Of a DNA stretch of 58,514 nt, positions 28,221 to 36,994 are shown piece by piece. The notes below the pieces were generated by a model, which had not been told where the DNA came from, searched no databases, and saw only the letters and a program-made list of their open reading frames with translations. Location: NCBI GenBank assembly GCA_043718735.1, contig JAYSVC010000011.1:1-58514 (forward strand). Reading direction: 5' to 3'. Each line of letters starts with the position of its first letter. Position 1 is the first letter of the stretch. The position numbers and the translations under genes are program-made. This stretch comes from a bacterium. Lineage in GTDB: Bacteria > Patescibacteriota > Minisyncoccia > Phycocordibacterales > UBA5272.

Positions 28221-29642
28221 ATGTCTGCAAAAAATACAAATAACATAAGTATGGAAAAGATTGTAAGTCTTTGTAAAAGAAGAGGTTTCATATTTCAAGG
28301 ATCAGAGATTTATGGTGGGCTGGCTGGAACTTTTGACTATGGTCCTTATGGTGTAACCCTGAAGAGGAATATTGAGAATCTCTGGTGGAAAACTTTTGTA
28401 AATGACAGAGATGATATGTTGGGATTAGACGCGGCACAAATAAGTTCACAAAAAATATGGGAAGCGAGTGGACACTTAGCTGGATTTAAAGATCCATCTG
28501 TGACAGATGTTAAGACGAGAAAAAGTTACAGAGCAGATCATATTATCGAAGATGCCGGATTTGTTGCTACAGGATTAACTGCAGAAGAGATGAGTATTTT
28601 AATTAAAGAAAAAAAAATTAAAAGTCCAGACGGTAATGATTTTGAAGATGTTGAGTTTTTTAATCAAATGTTTCCTCTTAATATGGGAGCATCAAAAGAC
28701 TCGGCTGACGTCGCCTATCTGCGCGGAGAATTAGCCCAGGGTATGTTCACTAATTTTAAAAACATAATGGACAGCATACACCCAAAACTACCTTTTGGCA
28801 TAGCTCAGTCAGGTAAGGCCTTTCGTAATGAAATAGTCGCAAAGAATTATATTTTTAGAACCAGAGAATTTGATTTAATGGAATTTGAATACTTTTTTGA
28901 TTCTGAAAAACAAGACTGGAAAAATGTTTTTGAATATTGGAGAGAAGAGATGTATAGATGGATTGAATTAGTGGGTATTGATAAAAAACTTTGCCATGAG
29001 ATAGAAAAGCTTGGACCAGACCTAGCACACTATTCAAAGAGGACAATAGACATAGAGTTTGATTTTCCTTTCGGACAAAAAGAATTATATGGATTGGCAT
29101 ATAGGACTGATTATGATTTAAATAAACATCAAGAAGCGAGTGGACTTTCACATGAGTACTTAGACGAAGAGACTAAAAGAAAGTTTTTACCTCACGTTAT
29201 GGAGCCAACATTTGGTATTAACAGAACATTATTAGCTGTATTATCTACTGCTTATGCAGAAGAAGATGTAAGTGAGGGAAAAGATGGTTCAGATATTCGT
29301 ACTGTATTAAAATTGAAAAATAACATAGCCCCAGTAAAAGTATGTATATCGCCACTACTTAAAAATAAAGAAATGTTAGTGAGTAAAGCTGAGGAAGTAT
29401 ATAAAAATCTAAAAAAAGAATTTACAAGATTAAATCTCGGAGCTGTAGTTTACGATGATGGGGGTAACATAGGTAAGAGATATAGAAAACAAGATGAAAT
29501 AGGGACCCCATACTGTGTGGTTATAGATTTTGAGACTATTGAAAGTGATGGTTGTGTCAGTGTGCGTGACAGAGATACTATGAAGCAAGAGAGAGTAAAA
29601 CTGGAAGAAGTAAATCAGTATTTTGTTAGTAAATTTGAATAA
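28221..29642 (+). CDS. glyQS: Glycyl-tRNA synthetase (alpha2 type)
   Basis: RRGFIFQGSEIYGGLAGTFDYGPYG N-terminal block, a class II core (FRNEI...TREFDLMEFEYF), and a C-terminal anticodon-binding domain. Confidence 0.9.
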   Translation: MSAKNTNNISMEKIVSLCKRRGFIFQGSEIYGGLAGTFDYGPYGVTLKRNIENLWWKTFVNDRDDMLGLDAAQISSQKIWEASGHLAGFKDPSVTDVKTRKSYRADHIIEDAGFVATGLTAEEMSILIKEKKIKSPDGNDFEDVEFFNQMFPLNMGASKDSADVAYLRGELAQGMFTNFKNIMDSIHPKLPFGIAQSGKAFRNEIVAKNYIFRTREFDLMEFEYFFDSEKQDWKNVFEYWREEMYRWIELVGIDKKLCHEIEKLGPDLAHYSKRTIDIEFDFPFGQKELYGLAYRTDYDLNKHQEASGLSHEYLDEETKRKFLPHVMEPTFGINRTLLAVLSTAYAEEDVSEGKDGSDIRTVLKLKNNIAPVKVCISPLLKNKEMLVSKAEEVYKNLKKEFTRLNLGAVVYDDGGNIGKRYRKQDEIGTPYCVVIDFETIESDGCVSVRDRDTMKQERVKLEEVNQYFVSKFE

Positions 29643-29666
29643 TTTTTATAAATTATTTGCTCAAAC

Positions 29667-30692
29667 ATGAAAATAGAAAATAATAATATGGGTTATAAGT
29701 CAGTAGTCTATGCTCTTACTGGTAATTTTATAATTACTATTAGTAAATTTGTAGGTTTTACTTTTACTGGTTCAGCTGCACTTTTTGCAGAAGGAGTGCA
29801 TTCTTTTGCAGACACTGCTAATCAGTTTTTGCTTTTTGTGGGTATAAAAAGGTCAAAAAGAAAAGCGAGTGACAGATACAGATTTGGTTTTGGGCAAGAG
29901 AGATTTTTTTGGGCACTGATTTCTGCTTGTGGTATATTTTTTGTAGGTTCTGGGGTAACTATCTATCACGGTATCAATGCATTAATAAGTAAGGAAGTGC
30001 CTAACTTTTCAATATACGTAATTTATTTATTAATCATGGCTATAATTATAGAAGCTTTTACTTTAAAAACAGCATTACAAGAACTTTCTTTTACAAAATC
30101 AAAAAGTAAAAATAAAAAGAAAAACTTATTAAAAATAATACAAGATGGTGACCCTACAACCGTCGCAGTAGTCTTAGAAGACAGTGTGGCAGTGCTTGGA
30201 ACCTCTATTGCGCTCGTGGCCATATATGTAACACACATAACTCAGAATTATATATATGAGGCTTTAGCGTCGATATTTATAGGATTCTTGCTCGCTATAG
30301 TTTCTTTTGTTTTAATCTTTAAAAATTATGAATACTTAATAGGGAAATCACTAAGTAATGATATTTTAGAGAAAATAAAAGATAAGCTTAACAAAGATCC
30401 CGCAGTAGAAAAAGTAATAGACATTATGAGTAGTGCTGTTGACGTGGATAAGTATCATGTAGTGTGTGAAGTTGAAATCAATGGGGCAGCGCTAATAAGG
30501 AGAAGTATAGAAAATGGTGAACTACGTGATGATTTTGAAGATATAGAGAATAAATATAGCGACTTTGTAAAGTTCTCTTTGGATATGGCAGACAGAGTTC
30601 CGAGACTTATCGGTGCTCATATAGATAAATTAGGAAAAGAAATACATGATGAATTCGAAGAGGTTGCTCAAGTAGACATAGAGATAAGGTAA
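29667..30692 (+). CDS. Cation diffusion facilitator family transporter
   Basis: Six-TM domain with HSFADTANQ in TM2 and a C-terminal cytoplasmic domain. Confidence 0.8.
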   Translation: MKIENNNMGYKSVVYALTGNFIITISKFVGFTFTGSAALFAEGVHSFADTANQFLLFVGIKRSKRKASDRYRFGFGQERFFWALISACGIFFVGSGVTIYHGINALISKEVPNFSIYVIYLLIMAIIIEAFTLKTALQELSFTKSKSKNKKKNLLKIIQDGDPTTVAVVLEDSVAVLGTSIALVAIYVTHITQNYIYEALASIFIGFLLAIVSFVLIFKNYEYLIGKSLSNDILEKIKDKLNKDPAVEKVIDIMSSAVDVDKYHVVCEVEINGAALIRRSIENGELRDDFEDIENKYSDFVKFSLDMADRVPRLIGAHIDKLGKEIHDEFEEVAQVDIEIR

Positions 30693-30744
30693 ACAGTTTG
30701 ATTATTTTTAAAAAGTATAGTATAATACGAGGAACAATAAATAT

Positions 30745-30900
30745 ATGTCACAAGATAGATTAATCAAAATAGTAAACAAAGCAACAGGTACAACTGTCTA
30801 TACTACTAAAAATAAAAAACAAGTAACTAGAAAAATAGAGCTTAAAAAATACGACAAAAAGACAAGAACAAGAGTTGTTTTTAAAGAGTCTAAGAAGTAA
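30745..30900 (+). CDS. rpmG: 50S ribosomal protein L33 (Cys-less form)
   Basis: A 51-aa ORF missing from the supplied track. YTTKNKKQVTRKIELKKYDKKTRTRVVFKESKK matches the L33 YTT.KNK....LELKKY...HKE.K pattern. Confidence 0.8.
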   Translation: MSQDRLIKIVNKATGTTVYTTKNKKQVTRKIELKKYDKKTRTRVVFKESKK

Positions 30901-30916
30901 TATTATTAGAACAAAT

Positions 30917-30953
30917 AAATAGCCGGTCGCTTCGCGACCGGCTATTTATTTTC
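30917..30953 (+). terminator. Intrinsic terminator after rpmG
   Basis: GC-rich hairpin AGCCGGTCGC-TTC-GCGACCGGCT followed by ATTTATTTT. Confidence 0.75.
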
Positions 30954-30969
30954 TTTATAATACTTTTCA

Positions 30970-30978
30970 TGTTATAAT
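30970..30978 (+). promoter_or_regulatory. Extended -10 box TGTTATAAT, 11 nt upstream of tRNA-Trp
   Basis: Exact TGnTATAAT. Confidence 0.6.
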
Positions 30979-30989
30979 GTTCTTCATTA

Positions 30990-31060
30990 GGGCCTATAGT
31001 ATAGTGGTAGTACAACAGTCTCCAAAACTGTTGGTCGAGGTTCGATTCCTCGTGGGCCCG
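30990..31060 (+). tRNA. trnW: tRNA-Trp (anticodon CCA at 31022-31024)
   Basis: Hand-folded cloverleaf. Acceptor GGGCCUA/UGGGCCC, D arm GUAU/GUAC, anticodon stem ACAGU/ACUGU with loop CUCCAAA, and T arm CGAGG-UUCGAUU-CCUCG. The 3' CCA is not encoded. Confidence 0.9.
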
Positions 31061-31076
31061 CTAAAAAACAAAACCA

Positions 31077-31121
31077 TTGGTCGAGGTTCGCCTACAGATA
31101 TTTGTCGTGAGTCCGCTAAAA
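31077..31121 (+). repeat. Degenerate duplicate of the tRNA-Trp 3' half
   Basis: TTGGTCGAGGTTCG (identical to 31031-31044), 15 unrelated nt, then CGTGAGTCCGCTAAAA against CGTGGGCCCGCTAAAA in the tRNA 3' end and trailer. Confidence 0.7.
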
Positions 31122-31182
31122 TAATTTTGTTCAGTATATATTTGCATTTTATTTAAAAATATAGTATAATACTGTAACTTGC

Positions 31183-31296
31183 ATGAAAGTAAGATCATCT
31201 ATTAAAAAAATATGTTCAGATTGTCAGATGGTGCGTCGCCGTGGCGCGCTCCGTGTGATATGTAAGAACCCAAAGTGTAAGCAAGTTCAAGGCTAA
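31183..31296 (+). CDS. rpmJ: 50S ribosomal protein L36
   Basis: A 37-aa ORF missing from the supplied track: [43 protein letters not shown] at 31165-31170. Confidence 0.9.
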   Translation: MKVRSSIKKICSDCQMVRRRGALRVICKNPKCKQVQG

Positions 31297-31364
31297 CAAG
31301 CCAAAGAGCGTGTCCGTTTTTTAAAAACAACACAAAACTTTAACTATTAATTATTAACAAAAAT

Positions 31365-31745
31365 ATGCGTATAGCAGGTATAACATTGCCAGAGAATAAA
31401 AGAATGGAGATAGCGCTCACTGCCGTTTACGGTATTGGACGTCCTACAGCAAAAACAATACTAACGAAAGCTGGTATTGATTTTGGAACAAAGTCTCCAG
31501 ATCTAACAGAAGAAAACGAAGCATCTATACGTTCTCAGATCGAACTCATGAAAATTGAAGGAGATTTATCGCGTGATGTCGATCAAAACATAAAAAGATT
31601 GAAAGACATAAAATGCTACGTAGGTGTTAGACACATGAGACACTTACCAGTAAGAGGTCAAAGAACCAAAACAAATAGCCGTACAGTACGTGGAAACGTA
31701 AGACGCACTATGGGTAGTGGTAGACGTAAAACTGAAAAGACCTAG
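31365..31745 (+). CDS. rpsM: 30S ribosomal protein S13
   Basis: MRIAGITLPENKR...ALTAVYGIGR, S13-like throughout. Confidence 0.93.
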   Translation: MRIAGITLPENKRMEIALTAVYGIGRPTAKTILTKAGIDFGTKSPDLTEENEASIRSQIELMKIEGDLSRDVDQNIKRLKDIKCYVGVRHMRHLPVRGQRTKTNSRTVRGNVRRTMGSGRRKTEKT

Positions 31746-31819
31746 GATTAATTCCTAATTTAAAGTATTTATACTAAATTAGAAAACAATCAAAGTAACT
31801 CAAAAGACTAAATAAAATT

Positions 31820-32254
31820 ATGGGAAAAAGAAAAGTAACAAAAAGAAATACATCAGGAGTAGACTCGTCATTAAAGGCTAGATCTCTTTCAAAGGGACTT
31901 AGAAAAAAAGTGAGCGAGGGTATATTATATGTAGAATCTACATATAACAACTCAAGAGTAACATTAACTGACAAGTTAGGTAATGTTTTAACTTGGTCTA
32001 CTTCAGGAGCTCTTGGATTTAAAGGCGCTAAAAAAGGTACACCTTTTGCAGCAGGTAAAATCGGAGAGTTAGTAGGAGAAAAAGCAGCACAAGCTGGAAT
32101 CAAAGAAGTTTCAGTAATAGTTAAAGGACCAGGATCAGGAAGAGAATCTGCAATTAGAAGTTTCGCAGGTTTTAATATCGATATTACGTCAATAGAAGAT
32201 CAAACACCAGTGCCACACAACGGTCCAAAGGCTAAAAAACCTAGACACATTTAA
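31820..32254 (+). CDS. rpsK: 30S ribosomal protein S11
   Basis: ILYVESTYNNSRVTLTD..GNVL.WSTSG; S11 pattern with an extended N-terminus. Confidence 0.92.
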   Translation: MGKRKVTKRNTSGVDSSLKARSLSKGLRKKVSEGILYVESTYNNSRVTLTDKLGNVLTWSTSGALGFKGAKKGTPFAAGKIGELVGEKAAQAGIKEVSVIVKGPGSGRESAIRSFAGFNIDITSIEDQTPVPHNGPKAKKPRHI

Positions 32255-32277
32255 TTATTAATTTATAAAAATCATAT

Positions 32278-32892
32278 ATGAGTAGAGTAACTTGCAAAAA
32301 ATGTAGAAGATTAGGAGAGTCAATATGCGGCAGAGAAAAATGCGCCTTTAAAAAGCGCCCATACGCTCCGGGTATTTTAGATTCACAAAGAAAACACAGA
32401 ACAAATCAGTCTGAGTATGGTATGCAACTAAAAGAAAAACAAAAAATGAGACACGCTTATGGTGTATCAGAAAAACAATTTTCTAATTACGTAGCTAATC
32501 TAAAAAGTGTTTCAGAGAAATTAAAAATCTCTCCAAAAGAAGCGCTAGTAATGGCTCTCGAGTCACGTCTTGATAATGTAGTTTACAAGATGGGCTTGTC
32601 TACATCACGTGCTGGTGCGAGACAGATAACCTCTCATGCTCATATCACAGTAAATGGTAAAAACTTAAATGTTGCCTCTGCTGTTATGACTATTGGTGAC
32701 GTTATTGCTGTTCGTGAGAATAGTAAAGACAGAAAAACATTTACCAGTATTGCTGAAAACTTAAAAGCTTACAAAGCTCCAAAGTTCTTAGAATTAGATA
32801 CAGAGAAAATGACAGCCAAAGTCGTATCTGCTCCTATTGAAACAGAATATTCATTTGATATTGATAAGGTTCTTGAGTATTACTCAAGATAG
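32278..32892 (+). CDS. rpsD: 30S ribosomal protein S4
   Basis: N-terminal Cys-rich segment, the LESRLDNVVYKMG block, and a C-terminal S4 RNA-binding domain. Confidence 0.92.
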   Translation: MSRVTCKKCRRLGESICGREKCAFKKRPYAPGILDSQRKHRTNQSEYGMQLKEKQKMRHAYGVSEKQFSNYVANLKSVSEKLKISPKEALVMALESRLDNVVYKMGLSTSRAGARQITSHAHITVNGKNLNVASAVMTIGDVIAVRENSKDRKTFTSIAENLKAYKAPKFLELDTEKMTAKVVSAPIETEYSFDIDKVLEYYSR

Positions 32893-33006
32893 TCCTAATT
32901 TGTTTTCATTTATCCACTATTTTTACATTTATTTCTACAATTACTATTGTAAAAATAAGAAAAATATAGTATTATTATAAAGCTTAATATAAAAAAATAT
33001 ATCCTT

Positions 33007-33972
33007 ATGTCATATAACATCGTATTACCATCAAAACCTAAAATTATAAAAGAAGAGCAAACAAGCGGAATCTTTGAAATAGATGGATTATATCCAGGCT
33101 ATGGCCACACTCTTGGTAATTCACTAAGACGTGTAATTCTATCTTCTATACCAGGAGTTGCTGTAACTTCTATAGCTATAGATGGTGTAAAGCATGAGTT
33201 TTCAACTCTTGATGGTGTAAAAGAAGATGTTATATCTATAATTCTTAATCTTAAAAAAGTTAAGTTCTTAATGCATGACAATGAACCACTTTCTCTTAGT
33301 ATTAAGACAAAAGGTTCTAAAGTTGTAACTTCAGCTGATATTATCTGTCCTTCGCAAGCAGAAGTTGTAAACAAAGACCAGTACTTATTTGAAATCACTA
33401 CTAACAAAGAAGTTAGTATCGAGTTCACTATTGAGCAAGGTCTAGGATATATTCCTCGTGAGATGATAGCTAAAAACAAAGCCGAGATAGGTAATATTAT
33501 TTTAGATGCATCATTTACTCCAATCAGACGCGTTAGCTACGAAGTAGAAAATATGCGTGTAGGTGACAGAACTGACTACAATAAATTACGTCTTAACATC
33601 GAGACTGATGGTTCAGTGTCAGCAAAAGATGCTTTTGAGTCATCAATTAAAACTATGATTAATCAATTACAATCTATTGTTGGTTTTAGAGAGTTCTCAG
33701 TAGTTGAAGAAGCTGTAGAAGAAATCAAAAATACAACAGGAGAAGTAGAAGAATTAGTTTTAGAAGATGTTACAGACATAACAAAAATGAGTGTAGAAGA
33801 ATTAGGTCTTTCTACAAGAACAGTTAATACTCTTATCTCTGGCTCAGTTAAAACAGTTGGTGGACTTACAAGAAAATCAGCCGAAGCTTTAAATGAATTA
33901 GACGGTATGGGAGACAAGGGCATTACAGAGATAGTAGATGCACTTGCAAAATTAGGGCTAAGCTTAAAATAA
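33007..33972 (+). CDS. rpoA: DNA-directed RNA polymerase subunit alpha
   Basis: N-terminal assembly domain (GHTLGNSLRRVLLSSIPG-like) and a C-terminal alpha-CTD (VEELGLSTRTVNTL). Confidence 0.93.
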   Translation: MSYNIVLPSKPKIIKEEQTSGIFEIDGLYPGYGHTLGNSLRRVILSSIPGVAVTSIAIDGVKHEFSTLDGVKEDVISIILNLKKVKFLMHDNEPLSLSIKTKGSKVVTSADIICPSQAEVVNKDQYLFEITTNKEVSIEFTIEQGLGYIPREMIAKNKAEIGNIILDASFTPIRRVSYEVENMRVGDRTDYNKLRLNIETDGSVSAKDAFESSIKTMINQLQSIVGFREFSVVEEAVEEIKNTTGEVEELVLEDVTDITKMSVEELGLSTRTVNTLISGSVKTVGGLTRKSAEALNELDGMGDKGITEIVDALAKLGLSLK

Positions 33973-34068
33973 AAGCAGCTCTTGAAAATTTGTTAGTTTT
34001 GTGTTAAAATATACAAAACACGAAAAACAATAAATTATTAACACACGATTAACAAAAAAAGAAAAAGT

Positions 34069-34422
34069 ATGAAGCATCATAATTCAGTAAGAAAATTTGG
34101 TAGAAAAAAGAATGCAAGAAACGCATTCATTAAAGGACTAGTAAGTGCTTTATTGCTTAATGGTAAAATAGAAACTACTCTTGCGAGAGCAAAAGAAATA
34201 CGTCCATACGTAGAGAGATTAGTAACATATGCAAAAGATAATACTTTAGCATCAAGAAGATTAGCACTTGCTAAGCTTTACAATCACGAAATAGAAGTAA
34301 CAAAGCTTTTTAATGACTACGGACCAAAATACAAGGAAGTACAAGGTGGTTACACTAGAATCCTTAAAAAGGGACAAAGATTATCAGATGCTTCAGAAAT
34401 GGCAATAATAGAATTTGTATAA
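34069..34422 (+). CDS. rplQ: 50S ribosomal protein L17
   Basis: MKHHNSVRKFGRKKNARNA...IETTLARAKEIRPYVERL. Confidence 0.92.
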   Translation: MKHHNSVRKFGRKKNARNAFIKGLVSALLLNGKIETTLARAKEIRPYVERLVTYAKDNTLASRRLALAKLYNHEIEVTKLFNDYGPKYKEVQGGYTRILKKGQRLSDASEMAIIEFV

Positions 34423-34445
34423 TAAAATAATTTTAAAATAAATAT

Positions 34446-34805
34446 ATGCAAAAAGAAACAAAAATAGTAACAATAGACGGAGCAGGAGTATCACTAGGCC
34501 GTGTAGCCTCACAAATAGCAGTATTACTTAACGGTAAAACTACTATTGATTTTGTTAAAAACAAAGTAGCTGATGTAAAAGTAAAACTAATAAATGCTGG
34601 TCAAATCAAAGTCACAGGATCTAAAATGTCTGACAGTGTCCACAAAAACTATTCTGGTTATCCAGGAGGTTTAAAATTAACTCCTTTAAAAAGAGTTGTA
34701 GAAAAGCATGGTTTTGCTGAGCTAGTAAAACACGCTGTTAGTGGCATGCTTCCTAAAAATAAATTACAAGACAAAAGATTAATGAATTTAGAAATTACAG
34801 AATAA
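34446..34805 (+). CDS. rplM: 50S ribosomal protein L13 (short form)
   Basis: IDGAGVSLGRVASQIAVLL.GK... and YSGYPGGLK; L13 pattern at 119 aa. Confidence 0.88.
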   Translation: MQKETKIVTIDGAGVSLGRVASQIAVLLNGKTTIDFVKNKVADVKVKLINAGQIKVTGSKMSDSVHKNYSGYPGGLKLTPLKRVVEKHGFAELVKHAVSGMLPKNKLQDKRLMNLEITE

Positions 34806-34828
34806 CAAAAAAACAAATCAGTAAAAAT

Positions 34829-35227
34829 ATGTCAACAGTAAAATATATAGAAGGAATAGGTAGAAGAAAAACATCAACAGCACGTGTTCGTCTTTTCGAA
34901 TCTGCAAAAGGTGATTTTAAAATCAACGACAAAACAAAAGAAGAATACTTTCCAACTCGTGAGATGCAGTTAATAGTAAGTGAAGCATTGCCAAAATCTG
35001 GTCTTGCAGGAACATACTCAGTATCAGCGCATGTGAACGGTGGTGGTATACATTCACAAGCAGAAGCAGTTCGTCACGGACTTGCTCGTGCTATAGTTAA
35101 GAAGGAGGAGGACCTTCGTTCCACTTTAAAGAAAATTGGATTCCTAAAAAGAGATCCAAGAGCTAAAGAAAGAAAGAAACCAGGTCTTAAAAAAGCTCGT
35201 AAAGCTCCAACTTGGTCAAAACGTTAA
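34829..35227 (+). CDS. rpsI: 30S ribosomal protein S9
   Basis: GIGRRKTSTARVRL..., GGGIHSQAEAVRHGLARA, and a C-terminal basic ...KR tail. Confidence 0.92.
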   Translation: MSTVKYIEGIGRRKTSTARVRLFESAKGDFKINDKTKEEYFPTREMQLIVSEALPKSGLAGTYSVSAHVNGGGIHSQAEAVRHGLARAIVKKEEDLRSTLKKIGFLKRDPRAKERKKPGLKKARKAPTWSKR

Positions 35228-35294
35228 TTCTTTTACAAGAAATAATAAAACAAAAACTAGCATACAGCTAGTTTTTGTTTTATGTAAATTATTA

Positions 35295-35303
35295 TGTTAT
35301 AGT
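35295..35303 (+). promoter_or_regulatory. Extended -10-like box TGTTATAGT
   Basis: It lies inside the over-long ORF call 35275.., which supports the Met at 35323. Confidence 0.45.
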
Positions 35304-35322
35304 GAGCTTAAGAATAACATAT

Positions 35323-35859
35323 ATGCAAATAATAACCCCTAAAATAATTAATGCCATTAACTTGGCTACAAGGCTACACAGTGGCCACATAAGAAAAGAT
35401 GAGCACAATACACCATATATCTCACATCTCTTCGCTGTGGCCATGTTTTTGGCGAGTGTGACTGATGATGAGGACATCATCGTGGCGGGACTGATGCACG
35501 ACGCTCTCGAGGACGTTGCTGATTATGAATATGAAAACTTAGAAGCTGATTGTGGTAAGAGGGTGGCTGACATAGTGGCTGGAGTAACTGAAAATAAAAT
35601 ACTTCCTTATAAAGATAGGAAGATACTTTACTTAGAAAATCTAAAAACAGGAAGCCTAGAAAGTCTGATGGTGAGCGTGGCTGATAAGCTACATAATGCT
35701 ATATCACTGAGTGATGTGAATGACTCACATAACATGAACAAAGAGACTCAGATACAGATATATACAGAAGTATATAATATAGCGAGCAGTAGATTTGAAA
35801 AAGACTCAAGGGAATTTTCTTTAGTCTTAGAATTAGAAAAAGCAATTAGTGTGTTGTAG
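35323..35859 (+). CDS. HD-domain phosphohydrolase (RelA/SpoT-type small alarmone hydrolase-like)
   Basis: LATRLHSGHIRKDEHNTPYISHL... and GLMHDALED (H...HD...D pattern). Confidence 0.7.
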   Translation: MQIITPKIINAINLATRLHSGHIRKDEHNTPYISHLFAVAMFLASVTDDEDIIVAGLMHDALEDVADYEYENLEADCGKRVADIVAGVTENKILPYKDRKILYLENLKTGSLESLMVSVADKLHNAISLSDVNDSHNMNKETQIQIYTEVYNIASSRFEKDSREFSLVLELEKAISVL

Positions 35860-35865
35860 TTTTTG

Positions 35866-35874
35866 TGGTATAAT
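35866..35874 (+). promoter_or_regulatory. Extended -10 box TGGTATAAT, 8 nt from the methyltransferase ATG
   Basis: It is part of a 16-mer, TTTTGTGGTATAATAT, repeated exactly at 45911-45926. Confidence 0.55.
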
Positions 35875-35882
35875 ATAGAAAT

Positions 35883-36989
35883 ATGGCAAACAGCAATCTT
35901 ACAAATGCTAAAAAAGCAAAAAATGATGAGTTCTATACTCAGTACAATGATATTGAAAAAGAGGTAAATGCGTACTTAGAATATAATCCAGATGTATTTA
36001 AAAATAAAGTAATACTATTGCCATGTGATGATCCTGAGTGGAGCAATTTTACAAAGTTTTTCTCTCAAAACTTCGAGAGGTTAGGAATTAAAAAACTGAT
36101 CAGTACTAGTTATGCTTCGGAAAGTAAAGTGTTTAAATCAAATTATGTGCCAACACTTTTTGAAAGTAAAAGTGATATTTATGATATAAAGAAAACAAAT
36201 ACAAAAGGTAAAATATCTATTTTAGACAGAGACAGAAACAGAAACAAAGATAAGAAAATAAATGTAGAAGATATACATTTTGATAGGTACCTGTCAGAAG
36301 ATGGTGATTTTAGAAGCGAGGAGGTAAAAGCTTTACGTGATGAAGCAGACATCATAATTACTAATCCTCCATTTTCACTATTTCGAGAGTTTTTAAATTG
36401 GATAGTTGAGGCTGATAAAAAGTTTTTGATAATTGGAAGCATGAACGCTATTGTGTATACCGATGTGTTTCCCCTTATTAAAGACAACAAAGTTTGGCTG
36501 GGCGTTAAGTCTACAAGCCAAGCAATGTATTTTAAAACTTCTGATAAAGAATATGCGAACCGTGTGAGCAGTGAGAGATCGGAAGGTTCTTGGTGGAAGA
36601 GAATAGACGGAGATGTATGCATTGGTATAAATAATTCTTGTTGGTTTACAAACATGGATCATGGGAGACGTCATGAAATATTACCGTTGATGACAATGGA
36701 AGATAACTTGAAGTATAGTAAACATAAAGAAATTAAAGGTAAAGAAAGTTATGACAAGTATGATAACTATGATGCGATAGAAATACCTTTTATTGACTCT
36801 ATTCCCAGGGACTACGATGGGGTTATGGGTGTGCCTATAAGTTTTATGGATAAATATAACCCAGAACAGTTTGAAATAGTTGGTTCTAATCGAGGGGTCG
36901 ATCAGGACCCAGACGGTATTTATGGTAGAGGCACCTTCCTTGAAGGAAAAGAAACTTTTAAGAGAATTTTTATTAAACATAAAAAGTAA
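35883..36989 (+). CDS. EcoRI-methylase-like N6-adenine DNA methyltransferase
   Basis: N-terminal NAKKAKNDEFYTQYNDIEKE...LLPCDDPEWSNFTKFF is typical of the EcoRI_methylase family. Catalytic motif IV is IIITNPPF (36363-36374). Confidence 0.75.
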   Translation: MANSNLTNAKKAKNDEFYTQYNDIEKEVNAYLEYNPDVFKNKVILLPCDDPEWSNFTKFFSQNFERLGIKKLISTSYASESKVFKSNYVPTLFESKSDIYDIKKTNTKGKISILDRDRNRNKDKKINVEDIHFDRYLSEDGDFRSEEVKALRDEADIIITNPPFSLFREFLNWIVEADKKFLIIGSMNAIVYTDVFPLIKDNKVWLGVKSTSQAMYFKTSDKEYANRVSSERSEGSWWKRIDGDVCIGINNSCWFTNMDHGRRHEILPLMTMEDNLKYSKHKEIKGKESYDKYDNYDAIEIPFIDSIPRDYDGVMGVPISFMDKYNPEQFEIVGSNRGVDQDPDGIYGRGTFLEGKETFKRIFIKHKK

Positions 36990-36994
36990 GGTGT

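Noticed and set aside
30990-35859. The tRNA-Trp scar as the attachment site of the downstream defence island.
   Set aside because: The scar and the island are separated by about 4.8 kb of essential ribosomal-protein and rpoA genes. No integrase or matching distal half-site is visible at the island's far border.
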